Assembly: GCF_963921235.1 (NCBI RefSeq)
Contig: NC_086108.1
Span: 18,538,001-18,602,000 of the forward strand
Reading direction: 5' to 3'
From: Mobula hypostoma
Taxonomy: Eukaryota
DNA length: 64,000 nt
Shown: positions 26,031 through 36,617 of the stretch, in pieces
How the letters are laid out: every line of letters starts with the position of its first letter
Position numbering within the stretch: position 1 is the stretch's first letter
The notes under the pieces: generated by a model
Seen by the model: only the letters and a program-made list of their open reading frames with translations
What the model was told of the DNA's origin: nothing
Databases searched by the model: none
Position numbers and translations under genes: made by a program

Positions 26031-28583
26031 TAGACCTCTTACACAATCCTAGGCATCAGGCATTCCGTTCATTAAACTACCCACCCCTGAGACAGAATTC
26101 AGGCTGTGATTTACACCCTCAGTCCTTGATAAGGTTCACTCCACTCTGTAGTGGCCATTACAGAGACTTAGCGAGCACCAGGGCAGGAATGGATTCTCAA
26201 CATTCCTGGATTTCAGTGCTTTAAAAGGGATGGCGGGGGGAAGGGGAGGAGGGGTGGCATTACTGTTCAGGAATACTATTACAGCTACAGAAAGGGTGTG
26301 TAATGTAGCAGGATCCTCTTTTGAGTCAGTGTGGGTAGAAGTCAGGAACCGGAAGGGAGCAGTTACTCTATTGGGAGTATTCTATAGGCCCCCTGTTATC
26401 AGCAGAGATACCAAAGAGCAGATTGGGAGGCAGATTTTGGAAAGGTGCAAAAATAACAGGGTTGTTATCATGGGTGACTTTAACTTCCCTAATATTGATT
26501 GGTACCTGATTAGTTCCAATGGCTTAGACAGGGCAAAGTTGATTAAGTGTGTCCAGGATGGATTCTTGTCACAATATGTTGACAGGCCGACTAGGGGGAA
26601 TGCCATACTAGATCCAGTATTAGGTAATGAACCGGGTCAGTTCACAGATCTCTCAGTGGGTGAGCATCTGGGGGACAGTGACCACTGCTCCCTGGCCTTT
26701 AACATTATCATGGAAAAGGATAGCATCAGAGAAGACAGGAAAATTTTTAATTGGGGAAGGGCAAATTATGAGGCTATGTGGCTAGAACCTGCGGTTGTGA
26801 ATTGGGATGATGTTTTTGCAGGGAAATGTACTATGGACATGTGGTCAATGTTTAGTGATCTCTTGCTGGATATTAGGGATAAATTTGTCCTGGTGAGGAA
26901 GATAAAGAATGGTAGGGTGAAGGAACCATGGGTGACAAGTGAGGCAGAAAATCTAGTCAGGTGGAAGAAGGCAGCATACATGAGGTTTAGGAAGCAAGGA
27001 ACAGATGGGTCTATTGAGGAATACAGGGAAGCAAGAAAGGAGCTTAAGAAGGGGCTGAGAAGAGCAGGAAGGGGGCATGAGAAGGCCTTGGCGAGTAGGG
27101 TAAAGGAAAAAACCCAAGGCATTCTTCAATTATGTCAAGAACAAAAGGATGACAGGAGTGAAGGTAGAACCGATTAGAGGTAAAGGTGGGAAAAAGTGCC
27201 TGGAGGCTGTGGAAGTGATCGAGGTCCTCAATGAATACTTCTCTTTGGTATTCACCAATGAGAGGGAACTTGATGATGGTGAGGACAATCTGAGTGAGGT
27301 TGATGTTCTGGAGCATTTTGATATTAAGGGAGAGGAGGTGTTGGAGTTGTTGAAATACATTAGGATGTATAAGTCCCTGGGGCCTGACGGAATATGCCCA
27401 GGCTGTTCCACGAGGTGAGGGAAGACATTGCTGAGCCTCTGGCTAGGATCTTCATGTCCTCGTTGTCCACGGGAATGGTACCAGAGAATTGGAGGGAGGT
27501 GAATGTTGTCCCCTTGTTCAAAAAAGGTAGTAGGGATAGTCCAGGTAGTTATAGATCAGTGAGCCTTACGTCTGTGGTGTGAAAGCTGTTGGAAAAGATT
27601 CTGAGAGATGGGATCTATGGGCATTTACAGAATAATGGTTTGATCAGGGACAGTCAGCATAGCTTTGTGAAGGGGAGATCGTGTCTAACAAGCCTGATAG
27701 AGTTCTTTGAGGAGGTAACCAGGCATATAGCTGAGGGTAGTACAGTAGATGTAATCTACACGTATTTTAGCAAGGCACTTGACAAGGTTTCACTCGGTAG
27801 GCTTATTCAGAAAGTCAGAATCATGGGATCCAGGGAGGTTTGGTCAGGTGGATTCAGAATTGGCTAGCCTGCAGAAAGGAGAGGGTCATGGTGGAGGGAA
27901 TACATTGGATTGGAGGGTTATGACTAGTGGTGTCCCACAAGGTTCATTCTGGGACCTCTGCTTTTTGTGATTTTTAATAACGACCTGTATGTGGTGGTAG
28001 AAGGGGAGGTTGACAAGTTTGCAGACGACACAAAGGTTGGTGGTGTTGTGGATAGTGCAGAGGATTGTCAAAGATTGCAGAAAAACATTGATAGGAAGCA
28101 GAAGTGGGCTGAGAAGTGGCAGATGGAGTTCAACCCGGAGAAGTGTGAGGTGGTACACTTTGGAAGGACTAACTCCAAGGCAGAGTACAAAGTAAATGGC
28201 AGGATACTTGGTAGTGTGGAGGAGCAGAGGGATCTGGGGGTACATGTCCATAGATCCCTGGAAGTTGCCTCACAGGTGGATAGGGTAGTTAAGAAAGCTT
28301 ATGGGGTGTTAGCTTTCGTAAGTCGAGGGATAGAGTTTAAGAGTCGCGAGGTAATGATGCAGCTCTATAAAACTCTGGTTAGGCCACACTTGGAGTACTG
28401 TGTCCAGTTCTGGTCGCATCACTATAGGAAGGACGTGGAAGCATTGGAAAGGGTACAGAGGAGATTTACCAGGATGCTGCCTGGTTTAGAGAGTATGAAT
28501 TATGATCAGAGATTAAGGGAGCTAGGACTTTACTCTTTGGAGAGAAGGAAGATGAGAGGAGACATGATAGAACATAGAACACA

Positions 28584-28710
28584 GATTAGATTAGATTCAA
28601 CTTTGTTGTCATTGTGCCGAGTACAGATACGAAGCCAATGAAATGCATTTAGCATCTGACCAGAAATGCAAAGAATAGTGTTATTTACAAAATAACTGCG
28701 AATAAAAAAA
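28584..28710 (-). mobile_element. Short Rex1/Babar-like 3' tail insertion
   Basis: Reverse complement closely matches about 53120-53243, ending in aatctaatct repeats. Confidence 0.75.
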
Positions 28711-29101
28711 GAACATAGAATAGTACAGCACACATTGTTGTGCCGACCCTCAAACCCTGCCTCCCATGTAACCCCCTAGACTTAAATTCCTCCATATACC
28801 TGTCTTGTAGTCTCTTAAATTTCACTAGTGTATCTGCCTCCACCACTGACTCAGGCAGTGTATTCCATGCACCAACCACTCTCTGAGTAAAAAACCTTCT
28901 TCTAATATCCCCCTTGAACTTCCCACCTCTTACCTTAAAGCCATGTCCTCTTGTATTGAGCAGTGGTGCCCTGGGGAAGAGGCGCTGGCTATCCACTCTA
29001 TCTATTCCTCTTAATATCTTGTACACCTCTATCATGTCTCCTCTCATCCTCCTTCTCTCCAAAGAGTAAAGCCCTAGCTCCCTTACTCTCTGATCATAAT
29101 C

Positions 29102-29772
29102 AGAGGAGGAGAAAATGGTGGCATGACTGCAGCGCGCGCGGCCTCTCCAGTGATGAATATCTGTTATCTGTCAAGTAGGGTACCGTGCACAATTCTGATT
29201 TGATGGAGAGACATGAGAGTATGGAGGAACATCTGGAAAACCTCTGAAATGCCCACTTCACTGCTGCTGCTACTGTGTGGTAACCAGAATCCCTGGAGCA
29301 GAATGCCCTGAATCCTCGGCTTTGCGTGTTTCAGCAGCCGAAGCGAGGTCGAAGGCGCCCGGCAGAGGATGGCGCTCGAGAGGCTGTATCGGAGGGGCTG
29401 CTCGGAAGCTCGGAGTTTTCGGACGGATGGACTCAGTGTCAGCTGTGGTCGTCTGCTTCCAAGGCATCGGCAAGTTTATGGTAGGGAGTTTCTCCCTTTT
29501 GCCGCCTGCTATCGGGTACTCGGGAGTCGATTGACTCTGGGACTTTTGAGACTCTTTTTACCATGCACATGGTTTTGTTCTTCATCAAATTATGGTATTG
29601 TTTTGCACTGCTGTAACTATATGTTATAATTATGTGGTTCTGTCAGTGTTAGTCTTTGGTTTGTCCTGTTTCCTGTGATTTCACTCTGGAGAAACATTGT
29701 ATCATTTCTTAATGCATGTATGCATTTCTAAATGACAATAAAAGAGGACTGAGTGTTACCATAATCTAAATC
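29102..29772 (+). mobile_element. Non-autonomous SINE-like element (CpG-rich head, Rex-type tail)
   Basis: Interrupts the CR1 at tgatcataatc|catactct with TAATC duplicated at 29097-29101 and 29773-29777; 3' end gacaataaaa...aatctaaatct. Confidence 0.75.
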
Positions 29773-31479
29773 TAATCCATACTCTCTAAACCAGGCAGCA
29801 TCCTGGTAAATCTCCTCTGTACCCTTTCCACATCCTTCCTATAGTGAGGCGACCAGAACTGGACACAGTACTCCAAGTGTGGCCTAACCAGAGTTTTGTA
29901 GAGCTGCATCATTACCTCATGACTCTTAAGCTCTATCCTTCGACTTATGAAAGCTAACCCCCATAAACTTTCTTAACTACCCTATCTACCTGTGAGGCAA
30001 CTTTCAGGGATCTGAGGACATGTACCCCCAGATCCCTCTGCTCCTCCACACTACCAAGTATCCTGCCATTTACTTTGTACTCTGCCTTGGAGTTTGTCCT
30101 TCCAAAGTGTACCACCTCACACTTCTCTGGGTTGAACTCCATCTGCCACTTCTCAGCCCACTTCTGCAACCTATCAATGTCTCTCTGCAATCTTCAACTA
30201 TCCTCTACACTTTCCAGAACACCACCAACCTTTGTGTCGTCTGCAAACTTGCCTTCTACCCCCACATCCAGGTCGTCAATAAAAATCACAAAAAGTAGAG
30301 GTCCCAGAACCGATGCTTGTGGGACACCACTAGTCACAACCCTCCAGTCCAAATGTACTCCCTCCACCATGACCAGACTTTCCTGGATCCCATGCCTTCT
30401 GACTTTCTGAATAAGCCTACCGTGTGAACCCTTGTCAAATGCCTTGCTAAAATACGTGTAGATTACATCCACTGTACTACCCTCAGCTATATGCCTGGTC
30501 ACCTCCTCAAAGAACTCTATCAGGCTTGTTAGACACGATCTCCCCTTCACAAAGCCATGCTGACTGTCCCTGATCAGACCATTATTCTCTAAATGCCCAG
30601 AGATCCTACCTCTAAGAATCTTTTCCAACAGCTTTCCCACCACAGACTTAAGGCTCACTGGTCTATAATTACCCGGACTATCCCTACTACCTTTTTTGAA
30701 CAAGGGGACAACATTCGCCTCCCTCCAGTCCTCCGGTACCATTCCCATGGACAATGAGGACATAAAGATCCTAGCCAGATGCTCAGCAATCTCTTCCCTC
30801 GCCTCGTGAAGCAGCCTGGGGAATATTCCGTCAGGCCCTGAGGACTTATCCGTCCTAATTTATTTTAACAACTCCAACACCTCCTCTCCCTTAATATCAA
30901 CATGCTCCAGAACATCAACCTCACTCATATTGTCCTCACTGTCATTAAGTTCCCTCTCATTGGTGAATACCAAAGAGAAGTATTCATTGAGGACCTCGCT
31001 CACTTCCACAGCCTCCAGGCACATCTTCCCACCTTTACCTCTCATTGGTCCTACCTTCACTCCTGTCATCCTTTGTCATGTTAGAGTTATACAAGATATT
31101 AAGACGAATAGATAGAGTGGACAGGCAGCACCTCTTCCCCAGGGCACCACTGTTCAGTACAAGAGGACATGGCTTTAAGGTAAGGGGTGGGAAGTTCAAG
31201 GGGGATATTAGACGAAGGTTTTTTACTCAGAGAGTGGTTGGTGCATGGAATACACTGCCTGAGTCAGTGGTGGAGGCAGATACACTAGTGAAATTTAAGA
31301 GACTACAAGACAGGTATATGGAGGAATTTAAGGTGGGGGTTATATGGATGTAGGGTTTAAGGGTTGGGACAACATTGTGGGCCAAAGGGCCTGTACTGTG
31401 CTGTACTATTCTATGTTCTATGTTCTATGTCCACAATTTCCGCATGACCCATTGCCAAAGCAGTTATCAATAGCTGAGT

Positions 31480-34400
31480 TTGTCACCATGTGTGAGTACA
31501 ATGAAAAATTTGCTTGGAGAAGCGTATCAGGTATGTAGATACGGACAGCAAAAAGAATAGAAATTATACAAGATATTGAAGGAAAAAAGACAAGGTGTTA
31601 GTGCAAAATGAAAACACAATCAGAGACAAGTTGATGATAGTGCAAGAGGTCTGTGCTGCTCCATTGCTAAGATTGGATTAGAGTTGTTTAAGTCAGTTGA
31701 AGAACCTAATGGTTGTAGCAGAGTACCTGTTCCTGAACCTGCTGGTGTGTAACACCAGGCCTCCGTACATTCCTGAACCTGCTGGTGTGTAACACCAGGC
31801 CTCCGTACATTCCTGATCCTGCTGGTGTGTAACACCAGGCTTCTGTACATTCCTGAACCTGCTGGTGTGTAACACCAGGCTTCTGTACATTCCTGAACTT
31901 GCTGGTGTGTAACACCAGGCCTCCGTACATTCCTGAACTTGCTGGTGTGTAACACCAGGCTTCTGTACATTCCTGATCCTGCTGGTGTGTAACACCAGGC
32001 TTCTGTACATTCCTGAACCTGCTGGTGTGTAGCACCAGGGCTCCGTACATTCCTGAACTTGCTGGTGTGTAACACCAGGCTTCTGTACATTCCTGAACCT
32101 GCTGGTGTGTAACACCAGGCCTCCGTACATTCCTGAACCTGCTGGTGTGTAACACCAGGCCTCCGTACATTCCTGATCCTGCTGGTGTGTAACACCAGGC
32201 TTCTGTACATTCCTGAACCTGCTGGTGTGTAACACCAGGCCTCCGTACATTCCTGAACTTGCTGGTGTGTAACACCAGGCCTCCGTACATTCCTGAACCT
32301 GCTGGTGTGTAACACCAGGCTTCTGTACATTCCTGAACCTGCTGGTGTGTAACACCAGGCCTCCGTACATTCCTGAACCTGCTGGTGTGTAACACCAGGC
32401 CTCCGTACATTCCTGAACCTGCTGGTGTGTAACACCAGGCTTCTGTACATTCCTGAACCTGCTGGTGTGTAACACCAGGCCTCCGTACATTCCTGATCCT
32501 GCTAGTGTGTAACACCAGGCTTCTGTACATTCCTGAACCTGCTGGTGTGTAACACCAGGCTTCTGTACATTCCTGAACTTGCTGGTGTGTAACACCAGGC
32601 CTCCGTACATTCCTGAACCTGCTGGTGTGTAACACCAGGCTTCTGTACATTCCTGAACCTGCTGGTGTGTAACACCAGGCTTCTGTACATTCCTGAACCT
32701 GCTGGTGTGTAACACCAGGCTTCTGTACATTCCTGAACCTGCTGGTGTGTAACACCAGGCCTCTGTACATTCCTGAACCTGCTGGTGTGTAACACCAGGC
32801 TTCTGTACATTCCTGAACCTGCTGGTGTGTAACACCAGGCTTCTGTACATTCCTGAACTTGCTGGTGTGTAACACCAGGCCTCCGTACATTCCTGAACCT
32901 GCTGGTGTGTAACACCAGGCTTCTGTACATTCCTGAACCTGCTGGTGTGTAACACCAGGCTTCTGTACATTCCTGAACCTGCTGGTGTGTAACACCAGGC
33001 TTCTGTACATTCCTGAACCTGCTGGTGTGTAACACCAGGCCTCCGTACATTCCTGAACTTGCTGGTGTGTAACACCAGGCTTCTGTACATTCCTGAACCT
33101 GCTGGTGTGTAACACCAGGCTTCTGTACATTCCTGAACCTGCTGGTGTGTAACACCAGGCTTCTGTACATTCCTGAACCTGCTGGTGTGTAACACCAGGC
33201 TTCTGTACATTCCTGAACCTGCTGGTGTGTAACACCAGGCCTCCGTACATTCCTGAACCTGCTGGTGTGTAACACCAGGCTTCTGTACATTCCTGAACCT
33301 GCTGGTGTGTAACACCAGGCTTCTGTACATTCCTGAACCTGCTGGTGTGTAACACCAGGCTTCTGTACATTCCTGAACCTGCTGGTGTGTAACACCAGGC
33401 CTCCGTACATTCCTGAACCTGCTGGTGTGTAACACCAGGCCTCCGTACATTCCTGAACCTGCTGGTGTGTAACACCAGGCTTCTGTACATTCCTGAACCT
33501 GCTGGTGTGTAACACCAGGCTTCTGTACATTCCTGAACCTGCTGGTGTGTAACACCAGGCTTCTGTACATTCCTGAACCTGCTGGTGTGTAACACCAGGC
33601 TTCTGTACATTCCTGAACCTGCTGGTGTGTAACACCAGGCTTCTGTACATTCCTGAACCTGCTGGTGTGTAACACCAGGCTTCTGTACATTCCTGAACCT
33701 GCTGGTGTGTAACACCAGGCCTCCGTACATTCCTGAACCTGCTGGTGTGTAACACCAGGCTTCTGTACATTCCTGAACCTGCTGGTGTGTAACACCAGGC
33801 CTCCGTACATTCCTGAACCTGCTGGTGTGTAACACCAGGCTTCTGTACATTCCTGAACCTGCTGGTGTGTAACACCAGGCCTCCGTACATTCCTGAACCT
33901 GCTGGTGTGTAACACCAGGCCTCCGTACATTCCTGAACCTGCTGGTGTGTAACACCAGGCCTCCGTACATTCCTGAACCTGCTGGTGTGTAACACCAGGC
34001 CTCCGTACATTCCTGAACCTGCTGGTGTGTAACACCAGGCTTCTGTACATTCCTGAACCTGCTGGTGTGTAACACCAGGCTTCTGTACATTCCTGAACCT
34101 GCTGGTGTGTAACACCAGGCCTCCGTACATTCCTGAACCTGCTGGTGTGTAACACCAGGCTTCTGTACATTCCTGAACCTGCTGGTGTGTAACACCAGGC
34201 CTCCGTACATTCCTGAACCTGCTGGTGTGTAACACCAGGCTTCTGTACATTCCTGAACCTGCTGGTGTGTAACACCAGGCCTCCGTACATTCCTGAACCT
34301 GCTGGTGTGTAACACCAGGCCTCCGTACATTCCTGAACCTGCTGGTGTGTAACACCAGGCCTCCGTACATTCCTGAACCTGCTGGTGTGTAACACCAGGC

Positions 34401-35280
34401 CTCCGTACATTCCTGAACCTGCTGGTGTGTAACACCAGGCTTCTGTACATTCCTGAACCTGCTGGTGTGTAACACCAGGCTTCTGTACATTCCTGAACCT
34501 GCTGGTGTGTAACACCAGGCCTCCGTACATTCCTGAACCTGCTGGTGTGTAACACCAGGCTTCTGTACATTCCTGAACCTGCTGGTGTGTAACACCAGGC
34601 CTCTGTACATTCCTGAACCTGCTGGTGTGTAACACCAGGCTTCTGTACATTCCTGAACCTGCTGGTGTGTAACACCAGGCCTCCGTACATTCCTGAACCT
34701 GCTGGTGTGTAACACCAGGCTTCTGTACATTCCTGAACCTGCTGGTGTGTAACACCAGGCTTCTGTACATTCCTGAACCTGCTGGTGTGTAACACCAGGC
34801 TTCTGTACATTCCTGAACCTGCTGGTGTGTAACACCAGGCCTCCGTACATTCCTGAACCTGCTGGTGTGTAACACCAGGCTTCTGTACATTCCTGAACCT
34901 GCTGGTGTGTAACACCAGGCTTCTGTACATTCCTGAACCTGCTGGTGTGTAACACCAGGCTTCTGTACATTCCTGAACCTGCTGGTGTGTAACACAAAGC
35001 TTCTGTATGTTCTGAGTGATAGTACCAGTGAGAAGATGATGTGACCTGGATAGTAGGGATCTTTGATGATAGCTGCTGCCTTCGCAAGATAGTTTCAATA
35101 GTGGGGAAAGGCTGTAGCCGTGATGGACCAAGCTGTGTCCACTTCCCTCTGTCGCCTCCTGCGCTCTTTTGCATAGCTTTCCATGAGTGCATGCTTCTTA
35201 GTGTTGGAGCAGGCTTGATGCAGAACAACCAGCCCACAATATTTGAAGTTTAGCATGTTACTGTCACTATCTGAATATCA
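31480..35280 (-). mobile_element. Decayed Rex1/Babar-like LINE 3' part hosting the 40-bp array
   Basis: Upstream flank resembles LPTIE...IIKDPYYPGH; downstream flank reads YRSLVLHTSRFRNRYSATTIRFFN, matching the family C-terminus seen at 52618-52872 (FRSLKTHTARFGNSFFPTEIRLLN). Confidence 0.72.
31731..35010. repeat. 40-bp tandem satellite/minisatellite, 81 full units plus 1 diverged terminal unit
   Basis: Unit TCCTGAACCTGCTGGTGTGTAACACCAGGC(T/C)TC(T/C)GTACAT; phase conserved throughout with no indels. Confidence 0.99.
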
Positions 35281-35859
35281 GAGGTGATGAGCTGAGAGCA
35301 ACAGTAGTGGAAATACATTGATGTGCCAGGAACTCACGTAAATAGGACCTGACTCTCCAAAGCAACCAAGACCTGATTGTGATTATTTAAACACAACCTT
35401 TTCCACTCTTTGCCTCTGCTAGTCTGTGATGAGGGCAAACACCAGACTGAATCATCCCGAACTGGCAGCAAAGTGGATTTAAAAATTAAAGGTATCTATC
35501 ATTGGACTGGAAAGGGACAAAGCAATGACTAATGGGCAGTGTGATTTGGGTTTCTGTAGTTGGAGGAGCAGGGAGGTGCATTGACAGAAGGGTGAGCTGC
35601 AGGGAGCCAGCTTGGGCTTGGCCACACTAGCCTGGCTGTGACTAACTCGACGTGACAGCTCCGTGCAGGACAGTGGGGCAATGCTTCTGCTAGAGAAGTC
35701 TTAATTATCACCCGTGCAAGTGTGGGCATGCAGGGGTGGTGCAGGGGTAAAGGGGTGGGGGGAGGGGTGCGGACCTCTGAAGTTTTCGTGTCATGGCCAC
35801 ATCTGCCTCCCCAGCGAAGCAGCAGGAAGCTAATTGGCAAGGTATTCTACTCCAGGGCT

Positions 35860-36450
35860 CCCAGCTTAAATCCTCCTCCCTGTTCCCACATTAACGTGTC
35901 TGTCCTCGGCCTCCTCCACTGCCAGGATGAGGCTAAACAGAAACTAGAGGAACATATTCCGCCAGGATAGTCTGCAGCCTGACGGTATGAATATATAATT
36001 CTCCAACCTCGTAATCTGCTCTTCCTCTGTATCTGTTCTCTCTCTCTCCCACATTCACCCCAACCTCTTTCACCCTGCTTTTCTACCCACTCCAGTTGGA
36101 CATCACTCACATACTCCTCCCACTGGTAAATTGGTTTATTATTGTCACATGTGGAAAACTTAAATTCTTATAGCATCCATTTCATCACCTCAGTACACTG
36201 AGGTGTTACAAAGGAAAAGCAATAACAGAATGCAGGATAAAATGTTACAGTTACAGAGAAAGTGCAGCGCAGATAGACAAGAATGTGCAAGGATGTGAGT
36301 TCGAGTCCACCTTGAAACTAGTTCCTTCCACCACACCCACTGTTCCCATCTGCCTTGCTACCTCTCCCTCACTTGGTTCCATGCCCCACCTTCCTCTCCA
36401 ATCAGATTTCACCATCTGCAGCCCTTCGTCACCTCCCAGCCTCTGTCCTG
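35860..36450 (+). mobile_element. Penelope-like 3' fragment (with nested LINE tail); module resumes at about 40695-40910
   Basis: Encodes SVLGLLHCQDEAKQKLEEH (compare SIHGLLYCHDEAKLRLEEQH at 21230-21290); degenerate hammerhead module at 40818-40905. Confidence 0.65.
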
Positions 36451-36617
36451 ACAGGGTTCTGAGTTGGATGATCAGCCATGATCGTACTGAATGGCGGTGC
36501 AGGCTCGAAGGGCCGAATGGCCTACTCCTGCACCTATTTTCTATGTTTCATAGAACATAGAACATAGAATAGTACAGCACAGCACAGGCCCTTTGGCCCA
36601 CAATGTTGTGCCAACCC

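Larger units (their letters stand above)
28572..31076 (-). mobile_element. Inverted CR1 RT/3' segment nested in the previous element
   Basis: ORFs 30860-31069, 30194-30763, 29954-30190 and 28685-29062; flanked by CATGATAGA (28563-28571) and CATGTTAGA (31077-31085). Confidence 0.9.
26150..31430 (+). mobile_element. CR1 ORF2 (EN and RT, frameshifted) split at 28571/31077 by an inverted copy of its own RT/3' region
   Basis: ORFs 26230-27177 (GDFN, SDH), 27589-27867 and 27967-28641 (KFADD); sequence resumes at 31077 (YKILRRIDRVD...) and ends in a (TTCTATG)n tail at about 31405-31430. Confidence 0.92.

Noticed and set aside
31731..35010. CRISPR array (palindromic ~40-bp repeats)
   Set aside because: No unique spacers (units abut directly), no cas genes, vertebrate context, and the unit derives from a LINE ORF
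31620..35237. Large protein-coding genes (900-1140-aa ORFs)
   Set aside because: The ORFs are a by-product of a stop-free 40-bp unit read in all three frames; no independent gene evidence
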